DNA of 64,000 nt from an uncultured bacterium (GTDB lineage: Bacteria > Verrucomicrobiota > Verrucomicrobiia > Verrucomicrobiales > DEV007): the NCBI GenBank assembly GCA_963977015.1, contig CAXBMO010000007.1:1-64000 (forward strand), in the 5' to 3' direction. Made by a program: the position numbers and the translations under genes. Positions 38,801 to 48,403 of this stretch are shown here, piece after piece (the first letter of the stretch is position 1; each line of letters opens with the position of its first letter). The notes under the pieces were generated by a model that did not search any database, was not told the origin of the DNA, and saw only the letters and a program-made list of their open reading frames with translations.

Positions 38801-39963
38801 CGATCCTTTTCCAACAACGCCTTTCGCCGTTCGACTTCGGCGTTGAGCTGCTCGTTTTCCCGAATCAGTTGCGAGTTGATCGTCGCCGACGACTCGACCT
38901 CTGTCCTCAGCTTGCCAAACAAATCCTCTTCGGTTTTGCGCTTGGCTTCGACGTTCTTGATCTCGGTATCGATTCGCTCCAGCTCATCCCGACGTTTGGC
39001 CAGTTCTTCCTCATATTTGCGCTTCGAATCCGCGTGAGAGGAGAGCTTTTCCTCGATCGCGACCAAATCTTTCTCGCGCCTCGCAAGCTGAGCTTCAAAC
39101 TCGCGCATCTGGCCGCTGCGACGCTCCAAATCTTCATGCTCGGTTTGGAGATTCTCGATGTTTTTTCGCAGATCATTCTGGCGCTTGGCCGCACGAGACA
39201 TCTCTGTTAGGTGCTGTTTCACCAACTTCAACTGCGCGGTCTTCTCGGCAATGATGGCCTCCATCGCCTCAAGCTTCTTTTCGCGTTTGTCGATGCCACG
39301 TTGAGCCAATCGATCTCGCCAAGTGGAGGGCCGAGTCATTTCGGGCTCATCAAGCTCTGGCTGGATGTCCTGACGCCGGAGAGCAATCGCCTTCGTACGT
39401 TGCTCAGCAAGCTCGGCCTTGGCGTGATTCAGGTGATCGGTCTGAATGCGACCGGTTTTTTCGAGACTGGCAACTTTGGAGCTACTCTCCCCTTTCGATG
39501 TAACGGAATGAGAAAGCGTCTTCGCCAACGAGTCAGGCTGCCCCAATTTCGAGCGACGCTGGGATGGAGGGGTGAGCGGCGCAACCCGCGGAACCGCCGG
39601 AATGTCTTCAATTGAGGACTCCAAAACGCCGAACACAATCACATCTCCGGCTTTCACCACTTTGCTCTTCAGCTTCTCTCCATTGATCGTCGTCCCATTG
39701 TGCGAATCTTGATCAATCACCTCAATTTCTCCGCTTTCATGCCGAACGAACTCGGCATGATATCCCGAAACATAGCTGTCCGGAATGACAATATCGTTGT
39801 CCGTGCGCCGACCGATGCGCAACGAAGGCTGGTCAATGGCATGAGTGGACGATTCGCCGTCCTCGTATCGAATTCTCAGCTGTAGCATCGCAGCTTGGGT
39901 TAAAGTGTTTGCTCTCCCCTTACGCGGGGCGCCCTCAGTGAGAGTTGGTGTTGTCGTGCTCAA
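35890..39963 (-). CDS. FHA domain, very long coiled coil and GrpE-like C-terminal domain
   Basis: IGRRTDNDIVI...VSGYHA...SHNGT (FHA); about 1000 aa of E/K/R/A/L heptads; C-terminal ETLRRGY...ILRKAEVV. Confidence 0.8.
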   Translation of the reverse strand: MSTTTPTLTEGAPRKGRANTLTQAAMLQLRIRYEDGESSTHAIDQPSLRIGRRTDNDIVIPDSYVSGYHAEFVRHESGEIEVIDQDSHNGTTINGEKLKSKVVKAGDVIVFGVLESSIEDIPAVPRVAPLTPPSQRRSKLGQPDSLAKTLSHSVTSKGESSSKVASLEKTGRIQTDHLNHAKAELAEQRTKAIALRRQDIQPELDEPEMTRPSTWRDRLAQRGIDKREKKLEAMEAIIAEKTAQLKLVKQHLTEMSRAAKRQNDLRKNIENLQTEHEDLERRSGQMREFEAQLARREKDLVAIEEKLSSHADSKRKYEEELAKRRDELERIDTEIKNVEAKRKTEEDLFGKLRTEVESSATINSQLIRENEQLNAEVERRKALLEKDRSEVQSAEKDLSSLQDELGSVRKSLQLYRGREQQLVSASRDGIKAERQINELWDELDKIQDEVEQARKERAVANEKRSKLREEVTSLEEQHSKLRQETKELRDSVPELEQRQKSALAKTAEAEERAVSLRKETEALRSDREEMREESESLRTKISSLRREAEEAQEAAEKARADLDDAQGAMERDNAELSEVRKRLDSEKALVAAAVAQLNEAKQERKLADSETRQLRQILQDFDQKKENAEKEAKAAMAKAKENTKAMEESRAKLDAVRTELETAMASQRRESEKLEAIQNEERQGKQALAAAKEELKRAQREKANLDEDTADIRAAIADVAGHKIRMREQIEEMEDELEDKRGDLAQIEASIDETRDKLDIFSAETAKTKTSYELERERFEELHDEVAEAEGQLEELRAESDAARVEREKLLEDQRSIQHQILALQTQKADADEEAADFLTKRAAREHELADIDKAIEARREALAQVRTEAETEMANLEKTRASFKTETEAAEGALLEARNERQREQSNLRDLRADFERIEACLDDMRLQVREREEEIEVLHRRKKNAEIETKNVESEQDKAVEQCEDMERQFQSKRKKVEEIERHMKELAGMVQEREEELLRAKTDLRQEQERHERLVKDKRTELQSVDEKINDAYETLRLVNEDIEYARSASDGAHREKKVGLEHLDGAEKRLRDRISAGTLELRELEANLHQARSSVQMTDSERRELEDTHSSRLNDIIAKRNAAEEELANKLREIDEANEKLERVSLSSRQFDSLENQKTQAQQELEKRTQQLQEIEKRERVIQERITSMDKKAEELADLEQQLQRKDRERAQLEKRTRDLEDRSQVLAGAATLEAGTIQDFATNLIRRIDLLDDMVRRYTNDSATRDQGEQLAIFREALLDTLGDYSVKAFEFDPGTRIDLKSRRLVRIVDTTSDKPKNVTKVVETLRRGYLYLEDKGGETILRKAEVVTSNP

Positions 39964-40136
39964 AACTGAGTGAAATTTCCAGATTTTTAAAAACTATTCG
40001 CAATGATACGAACTTTTCCAGCAATGTGCAATCAGCAGTCTACGTTGAAGAAAGAAAATGCTACAATTTGCAAAGAAACTATTCAATCCGGATTTCCAAT
40101 GACCTACAAGAAAAAAGTTCGCCCATTCGACGTTCT

Positions 40137-40730
40137 TTAAGATTCTACTGAGGCCATGCGGCGCTGGCGAACAGCCTCGAAAAGACAAACGCCGGTAGCG
40201 ACCGAAACATTGAGGCACTCAACGGAACCTGACATCGGTATTTGCGCCAAAAAATCACAATTTTCCCGCGTGAGCCGACGCATTCCTTTTCCCTCGGCTC
40301 CCATCACAATTCCGATCGGCCCCGCCAAGTCCACATCATAAAGCGACTGTTCTCCACTGTCATCCGTTCCGACGAGCCAAATCCCAGCCTCCTGAAGCTT
40401 TTGCATGGCCCTCACCAAATTGGTGACTTGAACGACTGGCGTCACTTCAGCAGCTCCGCAGGCAACACGCCGCACCGTATCCGTCAACGAAGCTGAATGA
40501 TGCTTTGGTGTCACGACAGCAATTGCCCCAGCTGCATTGGCTGAGCGAAGGCATGCGCCGAGATTGTGAGGATCGGTCACTTCATCCAGAATCAGCACCA
40601 GGGGTGAGTCAGGGTGACGCTGGACGGCTTGGATCAGTTCATCCTCGGTAAGCCTCGGGGTAAACCCGTCGACCTCTGAGTGCCGATTTTGGCGTGCTTC
40701 AGGTTTTCGATCTCTGCGACGCTGCTTCAT
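40137..40730 (-). CDS. rlmB: 23S rRNA Gm2251 methyltransferase (SpoU/TrmH family), short form
   Basis: [40 protein letters not shown]. Confidence 0.85.
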   Translation of the reverse strand: MKQRRRDRKPEARQNRHSEVDGFTPRLTEDELIQAVQRHPDSPLVLILDEVTDPHNLGACLRSANAAGAIAVVTPKHHSASLTDTVRRVACGAAEVTPVVQVTNLVRAMQKLQEAGIWLVGTDDSGEQSLYDVDLAGPIGIVMGAEGKGMRRLTRENCDFLAQIPMSGSVECLNVSVATGVCLFEAVRQRRMASVES

Positions 40731-41002
40731 AAAGAGTTAGGAGATTGGCATTGTATTCTGGATAGAACCTTTCGCGACGAGAATTTCTCCGCGTAGACGG
40801 AAGCGATCCAGCAAGCAACACCCACACCTCGAGGCTCCAATCCATGGGCGCTTGCCTAATTTTTCACTTTTCCACAATTACCAGACAAACAGGATCCCAA
40901 CTAGACAACGAACACAAATATCCCTTCGCTTTTTGCTCAATGGCGGCGATTATAAGGAACAACAACAGTTCTGAAGAGACTGCCCCCTGTTTAAAAATTT
41001 AT

Positions 41003-41305
41003 ATGGCAACCCGTAGACCAACAAGAAGACGCCGAGGCGGAAACCGCCGAAGAGGCCCCCGCAAACAAAACTCCGGAGAATCCAGCGAGTCCAAAGAAAA
41101 TTGTTTGGAACTCGAAGGCACCATTCACTCGGTCCTTCCGGGAACCATGTTTCGCGTCCAGTTGTCAAATGGCCATCTTGTCCTCGCCCATATCTCAGGC
41201 AAAATGAGAAAACGTTTCATCAAGTTGGTGATTGGAGACAAGGTGAAACTTGAGATGTCCCCCTACGATACCGACAAGGCACGGATCGTATATCGCCTCA
41301 ACTGA
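41003..41305 (+). CDS. infA: Translation initiation factor IF-1 with Arg-rich N-terminal extension
   Basis: [32 protein letters not shown]....[17 protein letters not shown]. Confidence 0.93.
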   Translation: MATRRPTRRRRGGNRRRGPRKQNSGESSESKENCLELEGTIHSVLPGTMFRVQLSNGHLVLAHISGKMRKRFIKLVIGDKVKLEMSPYDTDKARIVYRLN

Positions 41306-41364
41306 CCGGTCTCCTTCGTTCTGATTGAACGAACGTTGTTTCTTCTCTCAAACTCTCGCAGGAG

Positions 41365-42144
41365 TTGTCAGACATCGTCCGTATTGAAAACGTCGGGATC
41401 CGGCGCGGAGAAACCAGGCTACTCCGGGGAATTAATTGGTCGATCAAATCCGGCGAACAGTGGGCCATTCTTGGAGCAAATGGCTCGGGTAAAACGTCTC
41501 TACTGAATACATTATCCGGCTTCCTTCAACCCACGGAAGGAAACATCCATGTCTTGGGACAGACATTTGGCGAAACGGATTGGAGTTCGCTGCGAAAAGT
41601 CATCGGCGTCATCAATCATACCGTCGCTGATTGGATCAACGGCAACGAGACCGCTCTGGAGATTGTCGTGGGCGGCATCCACAACCAGATCAATTATTGG
41701 GGGCGGATTAAGCCGGAGGAACAGCAAGCGGCCCTGAAGGTTCTGCAACGCTACAAGTTTGCTTATGCTGCAGATCGCACCTGGGAGCAAATGAGCCAGG
41801 GCGAACGCCAGCGGGCACTGATTTGCCGGGCGATCATGGCAAAGTTTCAGATCTTGATTCTCGATGAACCGTGCGCCGGCCTCGACCCAATCGCCAGGAT
41901 GAGATTCCTCAGGTTCGTCGAAGGTTTGGCTGCCAAAAAGCGGAATTCTCCCCACCTGATTCTGGTGACGCACCACGTTGAGGAAATCACGCCCAGTTTC
42001 ACTCACGTCCTCGTCCTGAAGCAGGGGCGAATCTTTGCGTCAGGCAAAAAAGCTGAAATCTTGAACTCAACGGTTTTGAGCAAAGCTTTCGGTGCCGCGA
42101 TCTCGATTGAGAAGCATGGCGAGACCTACAATCTTGCAGTTTGA
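41365..42144 (+). CDS. ABC transporter ATP-binding protein (ModF/YlmA-like)
   Basis: GANGSGKT, MSQGE, ILDEP, VTHHVEEI. Confidence 0.88.
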   Translation: MSDIVRIENVGIRRGETRLLRGINWSIKSGEQWAILGANGSGKTSLLNTLSGFLQPTEGNIHVLGQTFGETDWSSLRKVIGVINHTVADWINGNETALEIVVGGIHNQINYWGRIKPEEQQAALKVLQRYKFAYAADRTWEQMSQGERQRALICRAIMAKFQILILDEPCAGLDPIARMRFLRFVEGLAAKKRNSPHLILVTHHVEEITPSFTHVLVLKQGRIFASGKKAEILNSTVLSKAFGAAISIEKHGETYNLAV

Positions 42145-42150
42145 TTCCTG

Positions 42151-43263
42151 CTACTCGCCATTCGGTAACAGAAGACTTCTGGCGACCTTCCCCGCTTCCA
42201 GATCCGCATACGCCTCATTGATTTCGGTCAGCGGATAGGTCTTCGTCAAAAGTTTGTCCAACTCCAGCTGCCCGCTCAGGTGCAGGTCAATTAGGCGAAG
42301 CAAGTCTATCCTTGGACGCATCGAACCGTAAATCGTCCCTTTCAATGTCTTTTCAGCATAAACCAGAGCGTTCACATTGATCTTCGCCCGGGCTTCACGC
42401 GGTGCGATGCCGACGACGACACACGTTCCTCCCTTCTTCGTCGAATCGTAGGCCTGCTCGATCGGCTCAGGCAACCCAACCGCTTCAAACGCATAGTCCA
42501 CTCCCGTGCCGGTCAAATCCATGATCGCCTCTACCGGGTCATCTTCCGAAGCATTGATCGTCTCGGTTGCGCCAAACTGACGGGCAAATTCCAGCTTCTT
42601 TGAAACCCGATCAACCGCAATGATTCGGCGAGCGCCGGCAATTTTTGCGCTTTGCACGATGTTGAGCCCAATCCCACCACACCCGAAAATCGCAACGGTG
42701 TCGCCGGGGGATACTCGGGCGGTATTTACGACTGCACCAAACCCGGTAATGACTCCACAACTGATCAGCGCCCCCTTGTTGAGAGGGTAATCCTGCGGAA
42801 TCTTTACCACGGCGGCTTCGGGCATGGTCGCCAACTGCGAAAAGGTGGAGACTCCAGCGTAGTGCAGAATTTGCTTACCGGAGGAGGAACGAAAACGGGT
42901 CTTTCCATCCGGCATCAGCCCGGAGAATCGCATTTTGGTTCCGACATCGCAAAGCGCTGGCTTTCCGCCAAGGCAATACTCGCAGCGGCCACAGGACATT
43001 CGCCACATTGGCAGAACATGATCTCCCTCTGCGACTTCAGTCACGCCCTTTCCCACAGCTTCTACAATTCCGGCACCTTCGTGCCCGGGAATGATGGGAG
43101 TCGGCATCGGCAAATCCCCCTTGATGACGTGCAAATCACTGTGACAAACACCGGCCGCCTTGATACGAACCTGAACTTCTCCCGGCCCCGGCGGCAGAAC
43201 TTCAACTTCTTCGACCGAAAGAGGTTTTCCGGATTGGTGTAACACAGCGGCCAGAGCTTTCAT
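42151..43263 (-). CDS. Zn-dependent alcohol dehydrogenase (class III-like)
   Basis: CHSD, GHEGAG, CGRCEYC...C, GCGGIG. Confidence 0.92.
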   Translation of the reverse strand: MKALAAVLHQSGKPLSVEEVEVLPPGPGEVQVRIKAAGVCHSDLHVIKGDLPMPTPIIPGHEGAGIVEAVGKGVTEVAEGDHVLPMWRMSCGRCEYCLGGKPALCDVGTKMRFSGLMPDGKTRFRSSSGKQILHYAGVSTFSQLATMPEAAVVKIPQDYPLNKGALISCGVITGFGAVVNTARVSPGDTVAIFGCGGIGLNIVQSAKIAGARRIIAVDRVSKKLEFARQFGATETINASEDDPVEAIMDLTGTGVDYAFEAVGLPEPIEQAYDSTKKGGTCVVVGIAPREARAKINVNALVYAEKTLKGTIYGSMRPRIDLLRLIDLHLSGQLELDKLLTKTYPLTEINEAYADLEAGKVARSLLLPNGE

Positions 43264-43328
43264 GATTTCACCCTTACAACGCAACAAGTCCTGTCAAACC
43301 GCTTGCCCTGCTAAAACCAAGACATACC

Positions 43329-44192
43329 GTGGAGGCCATGTTCACCGGAAAATTGGACAAAGTCGGAGTCATTGGCCTCGGCATCATTGGCACTCGTATC
43401 GCCGAGAATCTTCGAAAGGCCGACAAGCACGTTTACGTCTGGAGCCGCAGCCCCAAGCCGCAGCCCAATTTCATGGGCAGCCCTGGTGAAGTCGCTGAGA
43501 ATTCGGAAGCCGTCCAGATTTTCGTCAACAATGGGGACGCTCTTCTCGACACCGTTGAGGGAATGGAGCCTTTCTTGAGTCGCCGCCACATCATTCTGAA
43601 TCACGCGACCGCTGACGTGGAATCGGTGCGACGAGCCGCGAATATCGTCCATGGGACGGGAGCCGCCTTCCTCGATTGCCCATTTACCGGCAGCAAAGTG
43701 GCGGCAGAAAACAGCCAACTTACCTTCTACGTAGGCGGAAGCGACGCCATCCTGGAAAAAGCCCGTCCACTTCTGGAGCTTTCGGGCAAGACCATCCTTC
43801 ACGTTGGAGACGTTGGAGAAGCGACGATCCTGAAGATCGCCACGAATATGATTTCGGCTGCAACGGTCCAGGTTTTAAACGAAGCGTTGGCGGTGACGGA
43901 GGCTCAGGGAATCCCGGGTGAAAAATTGATGGAAGCCCTCCAAGTCAACGCCTGCTGTTCCGATTTGGTTCGAATGAAGCTCCCCAGCATCGTTCAAGGC
44001 GATTTCGAGCCACACTTCTCGCTCAAGAACATGTTCAAAGACGCGCAACTAGCCCTCGGTTTGGCCAACGAATCCAAAATCGAGATTCCTGCACTCTCCA
44101 CCACCGCCAGCATCATGTTCAAAACGATTCAGAAGGGGCACGGCGAAGAGGATTATTCGGTCCTGGCAGTGAACTACACGCCGGAAGATTAG
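43329..44192 (+). CDS. NAD(P)-dependent beta-hydroxyacid dehydrogenase family protein
   Basis: GVIGLGIIG, FLDCPFTGSK, KIATN, FSLKNMFKD. Confidence 0.88.
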   Translation: MEAMFTGKLDKVGVIGLGIIGTRIAENLRKADKHVYVWSRSPKPQPNFMGSPGEVAENSEAVQIFVNNGDALLDTVEGMEPFLSRRHIILNHATADVESVRRAANIVHGTGAAFLDCPFTGSKVAAENSQLTFYVGGSDAILEKARPLLELSGKTILHVGDVGEATILKIATNMISAATVQVLNEALAVTEAQGIPGEKLMEALQVNACCSDLVRMKLPSIVQGDFEPHFSLKNMFKDAQLALGLANESKIEIPALSTTASIMFKTIQKGHGEEDYSVLAVNYTPED

Positions 44193-44749
44193 CGCATTGC
44201 GACGGCCGCCCACGACACCAATCCGGTCTTGCTGGTGGTACTTTTTTCGAATTTGATCGGGATTTCCGACCTGGCAAATACCGCCTGGTACATGGCGTTC
44301 CCGGTCGATGTCCCCCCATCACCCGGCGTGATTTCGATTCCCTCGAAATCTTCCACGTGATCTCGCGCAATTTCAAAGAATCCGAGCCCCCCGAAGTTTC
44401 CACCACCACGCAGATAGGTCCAAAGCCTTGTCTGGCCTTTCTTGCGGGAAGATTCGAGAGAGATGGCTTTTGGATGCGCAATCACGATCCCGATCAGACG
44501 CCACTCGCCCTCCTCCAAAGCCAGGTAAATCTCGAACACGCCTCCCATTCTTCCAAAGTCCTCCACCGGCTCGGAAAGCGCCATATCCTCGCGCCCATCA
44601 CGATTGAAGTCTGCCAACAATCGAATTCGCTCAACGTAGACGGATTCGTCCTCAAGACTCCTGACCGGAAACACTGAGGGGTCATCATCTCCGTAAAGGG
44701 AAGATGCTAGCAGGGCGACAAACGCCATGGCTAAAATCCGGTTCTCCAT
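44189..44749 (-). CDS. Secreted hypothetical protein
   Basis: Signal-like N-terminus; DFNRDGRED Ca-binding-like loop; start uncertain. Confidence 0.55.
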   Translation of the reverse strand: MENRILAMAFVALLASSLYGDDDPSVFPVRSLEDESVYVERIRLLADFNRDGREDMALSEPVEDFGRMGGVFEIYLALEEGEWRLIGIVIAHPKAISLESSRKKGQTRLWTYLRGGGNFGGLGFFEIARDHVEDFEGIEITPGDGGTSTGNAMYQAVFARSEIPIKFEKSTTSKTGLVSWAAVAMR

Positions 44750-44880
44750 CGCAACAATAATCCCGAACCAAAGAAAGAACCGGCCGCCCATTACCCTGGT
44801 CAACCGTTCATTTGAACAATTGCAGGCAAACTTTTTATCAAGTTCTGCTCAGTTTCTGAACAAACCGGCCACTCTCCCCT

Positions 44881-45345
44881 TTAGGACACGGTAAAGATCG
44901 TGATCTCTGGATTCTCCAACCGATCTCCAGCACGCATTCCGATGACCTTGGCTCCAAGCGGAGATTCTGGCGTTAGCACTGTCAGATCACAGCCTTCGTG
45001 GTCGCACACCACTCCACCACCCTTCGCGGCAATCAAATAGAAGACTAGCTCTCCTTCCAGATCAGCCTCCACCAAGGCGCCAATCTGAATCTCCGCGTCT
45101 TCAGAAAAGGCAGGCAGCTCCAAGGTCTCAAAGGACTGCAGAGCTTCGGAAAGTTCTTCCATCTGCTCAACCTGCCCGGCGGCAAGGTAGGATGCCTCAA
45201 GACCTCGCGTGTCGTATTTGGACTCCGCCCGGCTGTCTTCATCGGTGGCGTATTCGACCGAGGACTGAACCGCCGCAGCCATTCGCTCAAACTGAACCCG
45301 AATTTGGGCGCGAACTTTCTCTAGTACTTGCTGTTTCTCCGTCAT
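44881..45345 (-). CDS. GreA/GreB-family transcription elongation factor-like protein
   Basis: AESKYDTRGLEASYLAAGQ, IGALVE, TPESPLG; ATGA overlap with the upstream gene. Confidence 0.8.
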   Translation of the reverse strand: MTEKQQVLEKVRAQIRVQFERMAAAVQSSVEYATDEDSRAESKYDTRGLEASYLAAGQVEQMEELSEALQSFETLELPAFSEDAEIQIGALVEADLEGELVFYLIAAKGGGVVCDHEGCDLTVLTPESPLGAKVIGMRAGDRLENPEITIFTVS

Positions 45346-46472
45346 CGATCCATCACACATCGAAATCCAACATCATTTGTCGCAGTATCGATTCCCGACT
45401 GATTTCTCGTCGCAACTCGATATTCCAAAACCGGACGCTGCGCTCCTCTCGGAACCGGACCATAACTTCGATGAATCCGCCAGGACGCGCCACGAATCAC
45501 TCGAATGGGCTCTCCGCCCGGCCCCGGATCACATTGCGCAGGTCCGGGAGGGTTGGAGCCGGAACTCTGCGCATAGTAACCAGCGCCAAACCAATCCTGG
45601 CAATGCTCCCAGACATTGCCCGTCATATCGTAAAGGCCATAGCCATTTGGCGAATAACTCTTTGTAGGCGCCAGCCCCGCATGGCCATCCGTTCCCCAAT
45701 CATCGTAGGGGAATTTTCCCTGCCAAATGTTGCACGGCCAATCTTCCGGGTTGCTCTCCTTCTCACCAGGAATCGGCGCATTTCCCCACTCGTATTTTTT
45801 GCCAACAAGCCCGCCTCTTGCCGCATATTCCCATTCGGCCTCAGTCGGAAGGCGTTTCCCGGCCCATTCTGCATACTTGGCGGCATCCGCCCAGGTCACA
45901 CAGACTACCGGGTAGGCGTCTTTCCCCTCAATACTGCTCTGCGGGCCATCCGGATGTCGCCAATTCGCGCCGGCTTCAAAAGCCCACCATACCGGTTGAT
46001 TGAGCGAAACGGGACCATCAGTCTTTCGAAAGATAATGGAACCAAGACGCATGGGGCCATCACTTCGCATTTCTTCAGGCAGGACCGCCTTCTGTGCCTC
46101 ACTCATGGCTTGCTCAGCCTGCGTAACGTATCCCGTTGCTTCGACAAACTTCCGAAACTGCGCATTCGTCACTTCGGTAACATCGGCATAAAATCCATCC
46201 AGGGTTACTTCGTGAACCGGCTGCTCGTTCTCCATTCCCGAATACGATCCCATCAGAAAGGTTCCTCCCGGAATCCAAACCATGCCCTCGATCACCTGTG
46301 GGGCCGCCTCAGTTTTTAGTGCTTCCTCGGCATTCGGGCTCTGGTCCTCCGAACCACAAGAGACCAACAACGCAGCGGCGACCAACGACAGAAAGAGCCG
46401 TGGCAGAGCGAAATCACGGAGGAATAAAGGCAGAATGGGCTTTCGTTTTGGTTTGTGCATCTTGTTTGCCAT
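45342..46472 (-). CDS. Formylglycine-generating enzyme (SUMF1) family lipoprotein
   Basis: Lipobox LVSC, EVTNAQF, WRHPDGP, RLPTEAEWEYAARGG, NGYGLYDMTGNVWE, GFRC. Confidence 0.88.
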   Translation of the reverse strand: MANKMHKPKRKPILPLFLRDFALPRLFLSLVAAALLVSCGSEDQSPNAEEALKTEAAPQVIEGMVWIPGGTFLMGSYSGMENEQPVHEVTLDGFYADVTEVTNAQFRKFVEATGYVTQAEQAMSEAQKAVLPEEMRSDGPMRLGSIIFRKTDGPVSLNQPVWWAFEAGANWRHPDGPQSSIEGKDAYPVVCVTWADAAKYAEWAGKRLPTEAEWEYAARGGLVGKKYEWGNAPIPGEKESNPEDWPCNIWQGKFPYDDWGTDGHAGLAPTKSYSPNGYGLYDMTGNVWEHCQDWFGAGYYAQSSGSNPPGPAQCDPGPGGEPIRVIRGASWRIHRSYGPVPRGAQRPVLEYRVATRNQSGIDTATNDVGFRCVMDR

Positions 46473-46497
46473 GACCTATGATCCAAAAAACAGCCTC

Positions 46498-47391
46498 ATG
46501 AAAACGATCTTTCTTGCACGTTACCGCTTTGTTGTCGCCTGCTCACTCGCAAGCATCTTCTTCCTCGTGGGGACCAACTCGGCTCAAGAGGCCAGACCTT
46601 TGGGCTTCAACGTTCTCTCCGCTGAAAAAGAGGCGATTATGGGAGCTCGCGAGTTTGAAAAGTACAAGTCGCAAAAACCAATGGTCAAAAGCGGGCGCGA
46701 CTACCAGACCATGGTTCGGGTCGCCAATCGCATGACTAAGGTCGTCAGTGTGAAGAATGCCGAATGGGAATTCGTGCTCTTCAAGGACTCGACGCCCAAT
46801 GCCTTCGCTCTTCCAGGCGGAAAGGTTGGCGTTCACACCGGAATGTTCAATGTCGCGCAGAATGAAGCGCAGCTCGCGGCGGTGATTGGTCACGAATTGG
46901 CCCACGTGACGGAGCGGCATTCCGGAAAACGGATCAGCAATGCGATGCTTGGATCAGGAATCGGAGCCGTCGCGGGAGCGCTTCTCAAGAAAAAAACGGG
47001 AATGAAAGGGCGAAACGCTCAGGTTATCACGCAAGGAGCCGCAGCCATGCAATCGCTGAGTTTTTCGAGAAAGCAGGAGCTGGAGGCGGACCAAGTCGGA
47101 ACGGTTTATATGGCCAAGGCAGGCTATGATCCCCGCTCGGCCGTCGATTTGTGGAAGCGTTTTGCGGCCCACAAGGCTCAAAAGGGCGGCTCGAAAGTAC
47201 CGGGTTTTATGAGCACTCATCCGGTGGATTCCCGCAGAATCGAGGAACTCCAAAAAGCGATGCCACAAGCGCTCAAGCACTACAATTCCGGATCGGGTTC
47301 AAGCCAGATTCAAACCACGACCTCTAACTCAAGCACAAGTTCCTCTTCCAACGAGGAGCCGGTTCGCGCTTTACGCCCCCGCTTCCGCTAG
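46498..47391 (+). CDS. M48 family zinc metallopeptidase
   Basis: PNAFALPGG, GHELAH, ELEADQVG, STHP. Confidence 0.9.
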   Translation: MKTIFLARYRFVVACSLASIFFLVGTNSAQEARPLGFNVLSAEKEAIMGAREFEKYKSQKPMVKSGRDYQTMVRVANRMTKVVSVKNAEWEFVLFKDSTPNAFALPGGKVGVHTGMFNVAQNEAQLAAVIGHELAHVTERHSGKRISNAMLGSGIGAVAGALLKKKTGMKGRNAQVITQGAAAMQSLSFSRKQELEADQVGTVYMAKAGYDPRSAVDLWKRFAAHKAQKGGSKVPGFMSTHPVDSRRIEELQKAMPQALKHYNSGSGSSQIQTTTSNSSTSSSSNEEPVRALRPRFR

Positions 47392-47401
47392 GAACAACGG
47401 G

Positions 47402-47767
47402 CTACTTCGCTCCGCCGTCGATCCAGGCACGAATTTTCGTGATTTCGGGCTCGGTCAATTCAGGCGCCCCCATTGGAGGCATCCGCTTGGGATTGGTTTT
47501 GGGGAGATAAAATTGCTGGACCATCAAACTGGATTCCGCATTGCCAGGAATGATGACGTTTCCGCTTTTGCCACCCTTTTTGATGTTTTTCAGCGAATTC
47601 AGTTTGAGCCCACCTTGTGGAATCAGACCGCCATGACATTGCGAACATTTGGCTTTGAAAATCCCGGAAATATCGGAATCAAACGTCACATCCGCCTTCA
47701 CAGCTGAAATGTTGAAAAACAGGGAGGCACAGAGAATGGCAGTGGATCGTTTCATGAGGTTGAACAA
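47402..47767 (-). CDS. Small planctomycete-type cytochrome c
   Basis: Signal peptide, CSQCH, RMPP, WIDGGA. Confidence 0.8.
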   Translation of the reverse strand: MFNLMKRSTAILCASLFFNISAVKADVTFDSDISGIFKAKCSQCHGGLIPQGGLKLNSLKNIKKGGKSGNVIIPGNAESSLMVQQFYLPKTNPKRMPPMGAPELTEPEITKIRAWIDGGAK

Positions 47768-47795
47768 GGTTTGTGGCGTGAGTCAGCTTGGACGC

Positions 47796-48350
47796 CTAGA
47801 TCATCCCAAGCTTCATTCGGCCTTCCTCTGAAATCATATCCTGATTCCACGGCGGATCCCAAACGAGATCGACGTTGGCGTCATGAATGCCTTCCAAAGA
47901 GACAATTTTGTTTTTTGCGTCGGCGGCGATGGTCGGCCCCATTCCACATCCGGGAGCCGTCAGGGTCATTTTGACATTCACAAAAGTTTTGTCTTCGACA
48001 TCCTGAAGAGTGCAGTCGTAGACGAGCCCCAAATTCACGATATCAACCGGGATCTCCGGATCATAGACGGTCTTCAATTGATTCCAGACTGCGGCTTCCA
48101 AATCGCCATCCGGAACCGGCTCCTTTTGGATTGGGGCAGCTTCTTCAGCGTCTTTATCCAAGCCAAGAGCATCGGAATCCTTTTCGCGGATTCGCGCCAG
48201 CCCTTGTTCCGTCGCCACGGTGTAGGTTCCGCCAAGCGCCTGGGTAATCATCACCCGCAATCCCAAAGGAAGCGTGATCTCATCCCCGCTTGGGATTTGG
48301 ATCGCGGTGACTTCGCGCGAGAGTTCTATTTCTTGATGCATAAGGTCCAT
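47796..48350 (-). CDS. sufT: Fe-S cluster assembly protein SufT (DUF59)
   Basis: TQALGGTYTV, DPEIPVDIVNLGLVY, MTLTAPGCGMG, VWDPPW. Confidence 0.9.
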   Translation of the reverse strand: MDLMHQEIELSREVTAIQIPSGDEITLPLGLRVMITQALGGTYTVATEQGLARIREKDSDALGLDKDAEEAAPIQKEPVPDGDLEAAVWNQLKTVYDPEIPVDIVNLGLVYDCTLQDVEDKTFVNVKMTLTAPGCGMGPTIAADAKNKIVSLEGIHDANVDLVWDPPWNQDMISEEGRMKLGMI

Positions 48351-48403
48351 CTAAACAACTCCAGAAAAGGGGGAAGGGCAAGTGAGTCTGGTCCGGTTTC
48401 AAC

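Noticed and set aside
35890-39963. SMC/SbcC annotation for the long coiled-coil protein
   Set aside because: No Walker A/B, signature motif or hinge; the termini are FHA and GrpE-like
45192-46319. 375-aa plus-strand ORF
   Set aside because: Antisense to the FGE-family gene; no motifs
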